A stretch of DNA of 62,318 nt. Source: Pocillopora damicornis (lineage: Eukaryota). Numbering within the stretch: the first letter of the stretch is position 1; each line of letters opens with the position of its first letter. The stretch lies in contig NW_020843911.1 of assembly GCF_003704095.1 (NCBI RefSeq), positions 62,001 through 124,318 on the forward strand. Reading direction: 5' to 3'. The notes beneath the pieces were generated by a model, which saw nothing but the letters and a program-made list of their open reading frames with translations, searched no databases and was not told the origin of the DNA. This document shows, in pieces, positions 1 through 13,270 of this stretch. The translations under genes and the position numbers were made by a program.

Positions 1-42
1 TCATTATCAATACGTAATTCAAAAAAGATCAGACGGTCGAGA

Positions 43-165
43 AAAGACAAACTCATCAGAAAGTTCTGTCTTGATATAACACCACATTCTCTTTACTAAT
101 TTGCAAGGACATGTATCGCAGCCAGTAGGGAGAATAACTTATAATATCGAGGGACTGAATGCTTC
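43..165. mobile_element. Degenerate partial copy of MITE family A
   Basis: Shares the blocks ttgatata-acaccacattctc, ttgcaaggacatgta and gggagaataac with the full copy at 43391-43593. Aligned by eye. Confidence 0.5.
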
Positions 166-1447
166 GTTAGCAAGGAGTTTTTCCAATGTCTTGTTATCTT
201 GCTGTTACAGTTCGCTTCTACTTATTGGAACCTCGAGGTGATTGATAGTAGGCTAAGGAACTTGCGGACTTTATTGTCCAGTTTTGTCTTAGGATGTTCA
301 GAGAAATTGAGTTATATAAAGCAACGTTACTTTTCTTTTCATGAATGCTAGAAAACCTCCATCTGGGGTTGCAGATGAAGCGGGTTTAATGTGTTTCTAG
401 AGCGCCCAACAGAAAGTACAGCGCAGATCTTTCCGTGAAATGACAAATTTACAGCTTCAGACGTTAAAATTAGGTGGTCTACTGCGGCATCAAACACTGC
501 AAAATGAACCATAAACTGGAATTCCGAGTTACAGAGATTTATATTAGACTTGAACTGACTAAACTAACAAAATCGCCAATTTAAACCTTCATCTCAACGT
601 TTTACGTTTTAGAACAGCCATCAACACAGTTCAATTTAGGGGTCATCTCAAATGATACGTTACCCTAATTGTCAAAAGTATGGAAGATGTTAACATCATC
701 TCGTTGGAAATTCAGCTGCTTTCTCTTCGTCCCACGCTCTTGACAAAGCGAATCATAACTTTCTTCGTGTCATAACTTGTTATAGTATAGCATTATCTTT
801 TTGCTAAATGGGAACCTTTTACCAACGAAGTTTTTTGTGTCGTTTTTTGTTATTAAAGAGTGAGAGAAATTTTGCAGCTGAAGATGAAATCGGCAGAATC
901 TGATCTTATTTATCCCTGATCCGGGTCTGAAGTATACTTTTTTTGTGAAAACTATTTCGATTGATTCTTTGGCTCGAATCTCTTCGTGTGGCATGCTAGA
1001 TGGCCTTGATAACCTGTTCATTATCAGGAGTTATAGCTCGCAGGATTACGATTTAGACTTGTTTATAAGAGTAAACAGATATCCAAAGTATGTTGACAGA
1101 ACCGCATAAGCAGGTCACGAAAGAGCAAGCTTGTCGATTGCATGAGTCGTAGGCCTCAGATGGAAAAAAATCTTGAAAGAATCGCCCCATAAAGTTTATA
1201 GAAAATCGTCAAAGAAGTAACAAACTCACTCCCAAACATGAATGGTTAGAGTGGGAGAATATGGCCGAAAATTTCTGTTGACGTAACAAACTTTTAACTA
1301 ACGGTAGTTCCACGCATTTCCGCATGTGATAAGTGTGCCTTGTCACAGTAAATGCATGTTACGGAGAGCATAAATTTTTTGTCGTCTTCCATCCGCTTAA
1401 TTAATTAATCTTCTTGATCCGCAAAGATTCTCGCGTCTTTTTTAGTT

Positions 1448-2347
1448 TTTCTTTCTACTTTGGTCTTCTTCGTCCCTTGCAAACTACCATTTTAAATTTC
1501 TTTTTCTTTCAACGAAAATTTCCGTGTTGCAAAAAAGAGTCATGTGGGCTAGTTTAATTTTCATAGAACACAAACCTCGTCAGTTTTTAGTCTACCCTCC
1601 TCCTCCCTCAGAGGAAAATAAACACAGATTACACTTTGCAAACAGTTTGAGAATTACGCGAAACTGTAGGTGAATATGACGCTTTTTGGATGGCCTCACG
1701 AGCTTTATGAGTTCAGTTCTGAACAGTTCTGTATGTTTTTTTCTTGTGGATTTTCAAGCGACACCGTCACAGTGGCTGAAATTCATACAGCTGCATTTTG
1801 ACTCATGCCAGAATTCATGCCAGAAGGTGATACCATGTTGTCATTACTCTCCTGAATAACACCGGGCAGAGATTATGAAAGGCGAACATATCAAAGTATT
1901 TCTTTCTACTTTGGTCTTCTTCGTCCCTTACAAACTACCATTTTTAAATTTCTGCATTAAAAGAAAATTTCCGTGTCGCAAAAAAGAGTCATGTGGGCTA
2001 GTTTAATTTTCATGGAACACAAAACTCGTCAGTTTTTAGTCTACACTCCTCCTCCTCCCTCAGAGGAAAAATAAACACAGGTTATACTCTGCAAACAGTT
2101 TGAGAATTCGTGAAACTGTAGGTGAATAAGAAGATTTTTTTGTGTCGCCTCACGAGCTTCATGAGGTCAGTTCTAATCTGTATGTTTTTTTCCCTGTGGA
2201 TTTTCAAGCGACACCGTCACAGCGGCTGAAATTCATACAGCTGCATTTTGATTCATGCCAGAATTCATGCCAGAAGGTGATACTATGTTGTCATTAGTCG
2301 CCTGAATAACTCTGGGCAGAGATTATGAAAGGCGAACATATCAAAGT
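1448..2347 (+). repeat. Tandem direct duplication of about 450 bp (1448-1897 and 1899-2347)
   Basis: Both copies run from tttctttctactttggtcttcttcgtccctt to gattatgaaaggcgaacatatcaaagt, with scattered substitutions and small indels. Confidence 0.95.
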
Positions 2348-2869
2348 GTAAATATCTGCCAAAAGGAGATTAGAGTCGGTGATTATCAAATCCATGCGAC
2401 TAAAGAAATACCAGTTTTCCTTTGTATTTTTTTTTTGTCGTCAAGTGGGATAGTGAGTGCTTGTCGCTGTTCTTTAGACTTTCTTAACGAGCAACGAACA
2501 AATCGATCACCACAGGTACTGAGATTTAATTTTACGTTTTTTCCCTTTCTTTGCAGCTCATGAAAAGACGTTGTCAGACTTTTGTTGACTGGGACGTAAC
2601 GACTCGACGATCAGTGATTCTGTGGGATTAAACTGTTGCTTCTTGGTTTCGATCGTTGATTAATTCATCTGACGCAGGTTTGAGTCCGTTTATGTTTCAC
2701 TAAAGATAATTTATTCACCACAAAAGGCGTAAGTCCAACAGACGTAGTCGGTTTATGAACGTTTTCTTTCCCAAGTTTCGTCCAGTACCATTTCTTGGCC
2801 GACCATACGGCACCCACAGAGGTGATTAAGATGCAATTTCTCTATGCAATTTCAATACATTATTTTACT

Positions 2870-3020
2870 CAGCGAGCAGGTTAAGATTGAGAAATAAAGA
2901 AACTTCATGGTTGGAATGTGATACCTTGATATACACCAAATTCTCTTAACTTATTCGTAAGGAAATATAGAGTAGCTAGTAGAGAGAATTCCTTCGTAGA
3001 TCTTGGGATTTAAAGGGTGA
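2870..3020. mobile_element. Partial copy of MITE family A (right half)
   Basis: ttgatatacaccaaattctc...aaggaaatatagagtagctagtagagagaatt...agatcttgggatttaaagggtga matches the right half and terminus of 43391-43593. Confidence 0.65.
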
Positions 3021-3270
3021 TGCGCGCACATTACAAACGCAGGAAACTTAGTATTCCTTTTTTTTTTTTCTTTTTTGTCCATAGTAGTAGCAATTGTCAA
3101 TTCAACTGTTGTTAGTAAACTACTGTAGTTTAACGGGATGGCCCAGTTTGCGCCTAGATGTTGGGTTCATATTTCTATAATCGTAGAGAAACAAACAACT
3201 GAATTATTATGTTATCCTAATTGGTATGTGAGGGCCACACATCCATCTTTACCACATGATACAACTTTAA

Positions 3271-3540
3271 AAAGGTTTTCAAACGATCGTCGGAAGTAAT
3301 CTGGGATTAGGTTAGTTTTCTTTTACCACGCTCTGTGATTGGTCCGGAAATCTCGTGCCACCATCTTAACCCATCAGATGCAAAGCTAAAAACAATCGCG
3401 GCTTAGTCGCTCACGTTTTCCCGCGCTTCGGGCGATTGATATGTTATCACATTTAGTTTTCTTTGGTGAAATTTTCCTTTTATCTGATTGGTCGTTACGA
3501 TGTTCGCTGCTGGGTTTACGACGCTCATTCGAGAAGCATC
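3271..3540 (+). mobile_element. MITE family C (CCAAT-rich, about 270 bp)
   Basis: Core ctctgtgattggtcc...catcagatgcaaa...cgttttcccgcgctt...ttttcctttatctgattggtcgtt recurs at about 30395-30640 (-), 34650-34920 (-), 37149-38060 (+) and, degenerate, at 49960-50175. Confidence 0.8.
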
Positions 3541-6500
3541 GGATTTAGATCAACCGTGAACTTCGCTAAACAAAGTTGCTTGATGACTCTATGACAAGAA
3601 CGGTTCGGTCGTGATGTATATCACTTGGAGCGCTTTTTTTTCTCGGCACTCACCTCTTCCCTTGCTTTAAGATGGATAAGCTCTTTTTTGATCGGATTTA
3701 ATGGATCACTCGAGTTACCACGCAGAGCAAAAATGCTGGTACCAAGGGCTTGGTTTGAAAATCCTTCTAGTGCCTTGATAGCGCAAAATAAGGTTCAATC
3801 TTGGGAAGCCAATTCTGCATACCCGCTAGTTAGGAGAAAACATGTTCTCTATGTGGCGGAATCAGCCAGCCGGCTGAGAGAATTATTTCCTCCCAACGTC
3901 ACTGACGAATGGTGCGTTGTTGGCGTTGAACATAGTTGAATAATAACCAATAAACAAACAAATAAACTGATTGTAGATACGAGAAGATAGAAAATTACCC
4001 AACGTTTTCTCTCCTGAGATCTAAGTAACAGTTATTTGCAATTTCAACAAGACCTTTCTTTTGAGTTTAGCGCTGAGAATTAGATGCTAAATTTGCAACT
4101 TGCGCGGGGTGTGACTTCGCCGATTAAGGGCAGGTTGGACAAACAACCCTCCCGTAATATGCACTATAATTTCAGTAACCACCACATTTAGGATTCCTGA
4201 CGAATGTCAGCGAAGGAGAGTAAGAAAACATCGTTCTACTTCGCGTGGCTGGCTTTTTTGTGTGCTTTTTGAAGTGTCAAGAAACGGAGCCGCGAAAACG
4301 AGTGATGATGCTACGAAAGGCTTTGGACGGACGAGTGGCCTCGCCTTTCATCTGTTCAAAGCTCACGCAAATCCGCCTGTTAGGCCGCAGGCTAAAATCC
4401 CTCGGTCTGGGAATACGATGGCTCCTTACCGTAACATGCCAACGAGTTGTTGTAACAAGTGTCAGTGCTGTTACATTTAATCCAGGGCACATGAAAAGTG
4501 ATATTCGATATGTTTCCTGGGTCACTGACAACGTTCATGAATGATTTACGGATGTCATGACACACAAGTTGTCTCCAGCTGTTGTCGGTCTTGTTACTGC
4601 CGGACAGATGGGGACTACATGGATTGTAAAATTAATTTAGCATGATCAGGCTGCTGTATTCAGGTGTGCAAGTACAAAGAATAAAACAATGTTTCTCCCG
4701 TGAGAAGCTCTATTAGCTTTCCCACAAGATGTTCTTGTGAGCTGGCTTGTTTTTTTCTAGATTGGCAAAATGAGACAAAGTATGCGACCGATATCAAATG
4801 TTTATTTCGACGTAAGCGAACATTGAGAACTTCTCATTTCATAGGATAAACATGATAATACTTCTAAGTGAGGTTACCCCAGGTTCATTGTCAAACAGCT
4901 TCATATATTTCTCTGAAATAATGCATTGACATGGATGAGGAGTAACACTGCTGTCCGCCGGAGAACAGATACAGGTGATGCATGGTTCTCGGCGAACTCA
5001 GCCTGGGCCCTCTGATTCAGGCCAACTTTCTCATTTTTTTTTTTTTTTTTTTTAATATTTCGCCCGAGGTTTCCGGTACTTGACATGCATCAGAACAGGG
5101 AGTTTAGCGTGAGGTAAACAGTTCCTCTGGTTTTGTCTACTAGTTCTTCCAATCCAACAGAAATTACGAAAAAAAAAAACCATCTTACGAAATGACACAG
5201 AGTAACGGTGGTGAGTAGCTTCGATCTGGAAAAAAAAATGGCTACAGGCAGAGCGAGCAATTTAGGTTCTGCACCAATTCTCCAAAAGGAAATCTCCACC
5301 AGGAGTTTTCCGACATTCTAAAGTTGACCATTTTGGCTTTTGGAAAGTTTTTAACTGTAAACACGAAGTCTAAAGCACAACCGTGAGCAAAAAAATTATT
5401 TTAGCGGTAATGTTGTATAAGAATTTGCAAGAAAAGTTGCACTGAACGTGCCGTTTAGTTTAAGGCCAAAAGTGCTCTTTGCGCAGAAAGCTGGTCGAGT
5501 TCCAGCTTATGTTTGTTAGTATTTCGTTTATGATGACAGAGAAGACAATGTGAAGAGACTTGAGCCAGCTCCTCTCTCAGTTGTAGTCGGTATCCTGACG
5601 CAGGTGTTCTTATCTTCTACCCTCATTAAAAATTAACATCTTGCGTATTGGAACAACATTTTTTTAACTAAGTGCCAAGAATATCTCATACGGTTTGCAT
5701 AGACGCGTTACAATGTAATTACCATCGATTTGGTTTCGTCTCCCGATGGAAAATTCGCGTTTGGGACTCACTGGTAAGACTGTGATGAAGTTCAATGCCA
5801 CGTGCGAATTAACTGGCTTGGTGGCAAATAGCGACAGTTCTCTGATTTCACTCTCTGTGGAAGGTTTTTTTTTTCGTGTCTTTGTCAGTTTCCGTTAGAA
5901 CATGGCATTCTGTGAGAAGTGCATGGTACGACACGCCACACTTTAAAAGAAATCCAACTGCCTACGACCCGCGTTTTTTTAGTTCACGAGTCTTTTAAAG
6001 TGTTGACGACCAGTTTGGATGTCCCGTCAACGACGCAAGTTCACGTAAAACGTGTACGCCTGGTCTTTGTGTGTGCGTTTACTGACAAATAATGGGGAAA
6101 TTTCTTACCGTCATTGTAACACCTTCGTGTATTCTCCCACGCAGTGTTTATTTTTTGGATTCAGTCGAAGTTATAATGCAATTTTATTATGTCTCGTAGA
6201 GGATGTATTTTTTGCGTTTCTTTACAACCCGAGAAACCTTCTGTGCCCTTTTGCTTTTTTTTTCCGTAACCAATCTTACTAACTGCGTGGTGAACTCGCT
6301 TATTCAAACAAAGACGCATTCATGTGAGGTTATGTCTCTTCACTTTTGCAGTTTGAGTTCAGATCAATCTATTCCGTAAAGATGCTCCTAAGATGTTCAA
6401 CCGTGAGGAGATCATTTGTTTTTGTTAGCAGTGTGCTGAGCTGCCTTTCTTTTTTAGCAGGTGAGTGTACTACATAGAGACTCACAGTTAAACTTAAGAG

Positions 6501-9500
6501 TGTCCTCGTTCTATTAGCGCTCAAGGGCAAATTATTGCGCAGTCCATTCGCCGCTTGCAAAGTCCGTACTATGATTCTCAGTTATTCACCCTCAAGTTGC
6601 TTGATATGGTCGAATCATTGCGTGGTTTGTTATTGTTTTCATTCCACTTCTGCTCAAAGACAGGTTCATTATATGCCGTAAACGCGCCAGGACAGGCGAA
6701 CCATGCACGTTTCCTCAAGCGTACGTCAGATGTTCGTATAAACGCGAGTATAGTTTAGACAAAAAAGACGGGGAACCTGAGATGAAGGTCATTTTTTCCC
6801 CTGAGGATTTAGGGATAACTAACATATCACAAACATTCTTCATACGCGGCAGTGTAGTTCGATAAAGGTTATTATAAGCCGCTTGGTAACACATTGCAGT
6901 GTGCAGTGCAGCCGTACTCGTAAAAACTTAAACTACATAACATCATAGTCACAAACTGACATTCAAGATTTAAACAAGCATTCAAAATTTCATCCTTGGT
7001 CAAGGTTAGATCTCTTGCTGTTTTGTTTTTTTCTCAGTGACTGAAAAGGAGATACGCGCTTTTCCTTAATTCACAATACCCACAGTCAAGAAAAGCAAAA
7101 TATACAAGCAGAACTTTCATTTCTTTGCATTTTATCCTGTTTTACCGCGGTTCTACGCATTTGTGTCTTTGCTGGTAATCTGCCTGGAGACGAAAAAAAA
7201 CCTCGTGGTTGGGTTGTTATTAAAGTGTTTGAAGGAATTTCTGGTGGTTCTATAGACTAACAACACGTGTATGTTTTTAGGTCTAAGTTTAATACAAAGA
7301 CTTGCTTCAGATTGTTTTTCAATCGTGCGGATGTAAGATGGTTGCGGTGTAATACACACATTTTAAACTTTTGAACGACTCCCTTCGGTCAGAATTCTGA
7401 CTTAAAGCTGACGAACGATCAAATAGTGTTTTGTTGTTTTTTTTTTGCCCCACAGCGCTGGTTCGCCAGGCAACAGTCATGAAAACAATGCTCTTAGAAG
7501 ATATCAGCTGAGTACTATCTCTGACATTTTGAATGAACTTAACTGTGACGTTTTAAATGAACATAACTGTTGGTGATTATGAACTTGTATCGATATTTCT
7601 CAACTCGATGTTTTCTACTTCTAAACGTGTTTCGAATTGACAGATTTAATTATCGACTTTTTGTTAAACAAATTGGTGAAATGTAACAATAGTACATCAA
7701 TAATTCAATTGTTTTGCCGATTTGGGAGATTACATAAGCATGACTCATGCAGCCTTTTCAGAAATTGAGTTTCGCATGACATAACATAAACCCACTAAAA
7801 TCAACGTCTTCATTTTGTTGAAACCCTATAGTTTTTGTTTTTAACTGGACGTTTTTCTTCTTACTATCGCCGGAGTACCTGGTAACAGGTTGTAGTAATC
7901 CACTGGTGACTGAATCGCTATTTTAAGACGGTTATTGTCTTTCACCTTTTAACAGTTCACAATACTCAAAGCTAAAAAGAAAACGAACCAGCGTAAAGTT
8001 CCAGCGAAGTTTTCCGGGCAATAACCTATTCTTTTATTCCACTCGAATGAAATCAGCGAATTGTTTATTTTAAATGGTTTCGTCTATTGATACTTACACT
8101 ATTAACGTTATCAGACTGGCTGTCATCCAAATTTCTCTTGGGCTTTTTAATAAGGGAATGTAATGGTGCTCCTCCTTTTTTCCCCCCAAGGCAAAATCGA
8201 TACTAAACCAATGAATTTATTTCGATAGTGCATAAACCAGAGTTTCATTTACATGATTCAGTTTTCGGATGTTTTCCTTCCATCGACAGCGTCAATTTAC
8301 TAGCAAATTTAAACCTAACGAGTGACGACCAATCTCGAAGCTAGTGTTGATGATTCAATTACCCCAAAGTGGGTGCCAAGCGTAGCACTGTTTTTTCTCG
8401 TTTTTGTTTTTGGTTCTTTTTTGCTCCCACTAATTTTGATCCTTCTTATTTGTGTGTGAAACGCAGACATGTCTTGCGCCACTTTGCTCGAATCTTCAAG
8501 TATGCGAAGTCTGGCGGCAGAAGATTCGAGTGGCTTAGGCCGTGTTTTTTTCTTGTTTTTTGTTGCTCAAGCATGTCGGTGTGAATCAAAATGTAAATGA
8601 CTTCAATTCTGAAAAGAAAGATCTTGAGCCTCTACGAGAAATTACTGCATCAACAATTAGATTGCGGCTAATTTATCTGTAGAAATCGCGTAGGATTTAG
8701 TGCTACAGTCTAAACGCCGTTTAATCTTGGGTTCAGCAGAAGAAAGAAAATTAATCGGCACTTGAACAATGTGAGAAGATTTAGAACCAGTATAAGGCGT
8801 CCAAGGCGGGTGGAACGTAACTACTTTATTAATACTGGGAGTTAAAAGAGGTGACGTTGTTTACTATCAACAGAGTAATTTGTGAATAACCATTGCAAAC
8901 CTTGAAAACTGAGGTGAGAGGAGACAAGGATGAAACCTTTACGAGACTGCGCCTTAAACAGAGAAAACTGTTTTTTTACTGCTGTTGCACTCAGTGCCAA
9001 TTCGAAAAGACAAGGGCGCGCCGCGGAAGCTTTGATGAGTAAGCACCAATGCCAACGAGAGCAAACGAAAATTGTCGATAACCCCCGAGACTCTACAACA
9101 GTGCGTTTTTATGATGTAGTCTTAGAGGTTGCACGATGAACTACTCTTCATGGAACAAGAGTAATTTGTGTAAATGAATGTTTCCACTTCAAAAGGTGGC
9201 TCGGACCTGGTTGATTTATATATATATATATATTTTCATTTCCAGGTGTAGACGGTGTACCTGATGTTCAACACAAAGATGTTTCCCACAAGTCCTCGAC
9301 AGATGAGGAGGTAGGTTTATTCTTGTGTTCAAGGTAAAGTGCAGTCGCGTACTCTAGAGCCTGCGATCTCTTTGGCCAGCGCCCCCTTCCTACGGCGCAT
9401 GTGAAAATAATGGCGCGAGAATGGATAAAACGCTCCAAGACTCAGGGTCAAACAAGAAAGGTTTTGCCTTACAAGGAATTTAGGATTGGGCGAGAGTTCT

Positions 9501-12500
9501 GTCAGCATTTATCAACTATGGTGGGATTTACGAGGTAAAAGATTAGTTCTTACTGACGCCAAGAACTTTCAGGAGGAACTAGGACGGAAAAGAAAGCCAA
9601 ATAATTGGTTGCAGGGTCGATCAGGTCGTTCAGAGAGAAAAGTTTAAGAGCAAACACACTCTTTATTTTAGCTCTCTTTTAAGTTTAAGTTCAGACTATT
9701 TTAACTATGGACATCGCTTTACAATTCTTCTTTGCCACAGTTACCCAACGGGGAAGGGGGGGGGGAAGAAGGGGGTTAAGAGTAGGGGGCCTCTAGCCTC
9801 TACCCTCAGACGAAGGAAGGGCTGCCGACCCCCCTATTTTTCGGTGATGCTCGCAGCATGGAATTAATGCAGGAAAATGTTTGTCTCGCAAAATCATTTC
9901 ACCTATCGCCTTCACGGGATCGTGTATAGTGTTGATTAATTTCTTTTTGAACAACTGCTACAAATCAATCACGAACACACGGGACGCAGCGTTAAGACTG
10001 CAAATTGCAAAGAGGTTTGCTTGTGCAAACGAACTGTGCAAAGGATACTTTGGATAATTTGAGTAGGGGTTATCCACTTGACCCACCGTACAGTAAGTCC
10101 CACCCCTCCCCTCCCCTGCCCTTTCCCGCACCTTCTCTGCTCTGTATCTTTTCATTATTCGAACGAAAATCAAAGGATGACTACCAGGATAAAAACGCCT
10201 TGAAGCCAAGGAAACTAATATTCAAACATACCGCTGGTATACTGAGCCGAGTTTATTGAAGTTGGACGAGCTGTAATCCTGGTTTAATTGCTATGGCAAC
10301 ACCAGGATTTGCATTCAGTTATCTTGAGATTATAGTTAATCGGGTTTTGAATAATCCGTCCTGGATACTTTAGTCAGAGGAATTTCATTTCAACCATCTC
10401 CATGTCCACTTTGCCCCTTGCGAAGGACGGATGTTCGAAACTGGTCAACTTTTTCCAACTTTTTTAGGCGGATGATTTTCTTTCGTCATCTTCAAAAATT
10501 GAAAAATATGATAGAAGTGAAAAATGAGTCCTCCTTTCAGACCTGACCTACTGTATGCATCAGTTGTACGTCGTCGCTCCAGACGTCACTACTGAACACA
10601 ATTTTTACGCTTGATATGTTCCACCAATATCAACAGAGCTTTACAAACAAACAGTCGGGCAGCGCCATTAAAGTACTAACAAGTCGTCATTAACATATTT
10701 ATAAAGTCAATTTCGACATCATTGCACGGTGAACGTCATTAGATCGCTTGTTAGCAGTCAGAGAAGGCTTAGCAACTGAGCGATTTCTCCATGGCATAGC
10801 TTTGTAGTCTGAGAACTGGACACGTTTTGTTTTCGCATGGAAAGAGTCAAACAGCTTAGTAATAATCCTGAGGTCGTGGGCAGACACAGTTAAGTCTCTT
10901 CGAGTAACAGTCATCGGATTCAGACAAGGTAACTAATTAATCGATTCTTGGTACCTTCTCGCAAAATATGCAAGGGAAACTGTCACAAAAAACTGCAGTG
11001 CAACCATAAATTTTTCTCGTTTCGGTTATGTGAGCTCGGATAGTGTCTGCACTCTCTAAATGAGTAGAATCCTAACTCAGTGAATTGTGTCAGGTATCGA
11101 CCACCCGTAAATCTAATCATCTTTACTTTAAGATTTGTAAACGTCATTTGCTTTAATCTTGGGGTTTCCTGTTATTCTGAAGTCTTTACACTGGATGGAA
11201 AGAGGCCTGTGCTGATTAGATAACACATTCTTGGAAGCCATGGTTATTTCTAACACTTGATGTTCCTTTAATTTCCCAAGAGCCATTACAACTTTTATCT
11301 ATTGGAATGCATAAGAGGTATGCTTACTGCAATATTTCACACGTCAGTAAGTTTCTCTGTAGTTTGCTTCGAGACAACTAATTTAAACAAATTCCTGAGA
11401 CTATTATCGGTGAACGGTACCATAAACCTAACCGTCTCCTAAAAAACTCTTCATAGTTGAAAGGAGAGCCTTTTATGACTAAAACATTCCTCTTAGCAAT
11501 TTAGATTCTAAAATTAGACTTTTATTGTTCGATTATAATCTTCTTTGTCAAAACAAAAGAAGCTACATTCCATCGTTCATCAGTAAGCGCATGATGTATA
11601 TACTCTTGTGATACTACCAGCTAGGACCAACTTGTCAAATTTCCGTGTATAATCGCTTGAATCAATGCAGTCAAGAAAGTCACTAATATCTTTTAATTGA
11701 ATTCTACTAGCGCTGCATTTAATTTTCCTTTTCGAAATGGTTGTTTTTTTCTGTGAAAACATATTGTAGACACCGATTGAACTTAAATTAGAATTGTATT
11801 ATGATATTGTGAAACGTTGACTGATCTCTTCGTGTTTGCGTTCTTGTAAGAAGTAGAAAGTCGTGGGCGCAATACCTCGTCGACAGATGTTTTTGGACGC
11901 GAACGAGGGAGTTGGGTCGAATACACGAAATTAAGGTTTTCAAGTAAAATTTTGCGAAAGTAATATTAAAAGACCAATTTTGCCTTTCTTAAAGGTTTTT
12001 TTTTTCTGCGCAAAATCCATTTCTGTTAGGAAGTCACTAAAGGAAAGAAGCAAGAAACAGAATAAGTCAAATCGCGAGGAAATCTTTGCTTTCCTGTCAC
12101 AACCATTTTCCAGCGAAGTGTTCTGCAAGCCTCGATTTCATTCACTCGACCCAGTTCACGTTGAAACGTTTTCAACAGGGTTTACTAGGTGTAAAACTAC
12201 ACACACGTTGCAAGGATGACTTGGTCAGCAGCATTTTCCCGTGCATTAGTCTCGATGAATTTTCCCGCCATAAATCTCGATGTATTTTTTTTGGTTACTC
12301 AATGGATCGTTGATATACATAGGTAACTTGTTGTGACTGGCCGTCATGGTTTACCCTGCTGACTGCTATGACTGCGTGTGGATTTCTTTTAGGACAAATG
12401 AACCAAAACAACGCACGAAAACGCGGGAGAACTCGTATAATCGAGTATTATCAATGATGGCTCTAAATTAGGAATAGCTTGTTGAAACGAGGTTAAGAGA

Positions 12501-13167
12501 TTTTGCACTGTTAACAGAGGCAAGCAAATGGAAATCGAAGAGTTTTGAAGTTTTCCTCTTTTTTTTTCGCACTTTTTGAATACTCTTGTCAGCTCGGCCA
12601 GTTAAGGTTTTTAAACAAACCAGCCAATCTCTAAAGTAATTCAAGTTGTGATCCTTGAAATGCTTAAAATCGCAGTCAAATTCAATTCATTTCAAATGTG
12701 AGGGAAGGAGCGCGCAAAATTAAATGGCCTTCTGTTATACAGTATTACAACAAACGCACCTTCCTAACAAGAGCGCTGCCGGGTACCTTGCCTGAAAGAA
12801 AAGAAACTTGGATCAAAAGGATAAGATTGTCATTGTCACGTTTAGCCAAGAGTCAGGAAATGGAACACCCTAAGATAACCCCTAGTTACGCCTTTCCTGT
12901 ACCCCCTAGGAAACATGTGTAGCTATGAAGATACTTCTCTTAAGTTATCACTTAATAACAGGTGGAATAGTCTGGAGTTTGTGCTCATGTATAGCCATTT
13001 TGGAAAAAAAATTGACGAGCATGGCTCTATTTCACACGGCATTTTACCTTGGAAGCGTATGTAGTTGTCCCATGCTAATCTGGCGACGTTTTAAAAATTT
13101 TCTATTTCTAGACCCGCATCCAAACACAGGACTCAACCAAAACACTCAACTCACCACTGAATTTGCT

Positions 13168-13270
13168 GCAGCTCAGCGGTAGAGTATCCGAGTGCGAATC
13201 TTAAGGAAAAGAGTTTGATTCCATGTAGAGCACTCGTTCATGGCCAAACATTAACATCTTTTTGTATTTG
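13168..13270 (+). repeat. Degenerate copy of the tRNA-derived repeat (family D)
   Basis: gcagctcagcggtagagtatccgagtgcgaatc...gtttgattcc...cactcgt...aacatcttt parallels 45405-45540. Confidence 0.5.

Noticed and set aside
5034-5053. T20 run as a retroposon poly(A) tail
   Set aside because: No flanking target-site duplication or recognisable element body found.
10287-10300. RFX X-box-like attgctatggcaac
   Set aside because: Single imperfect site about 7 kb from the nearest start, within repeat-like sequence.
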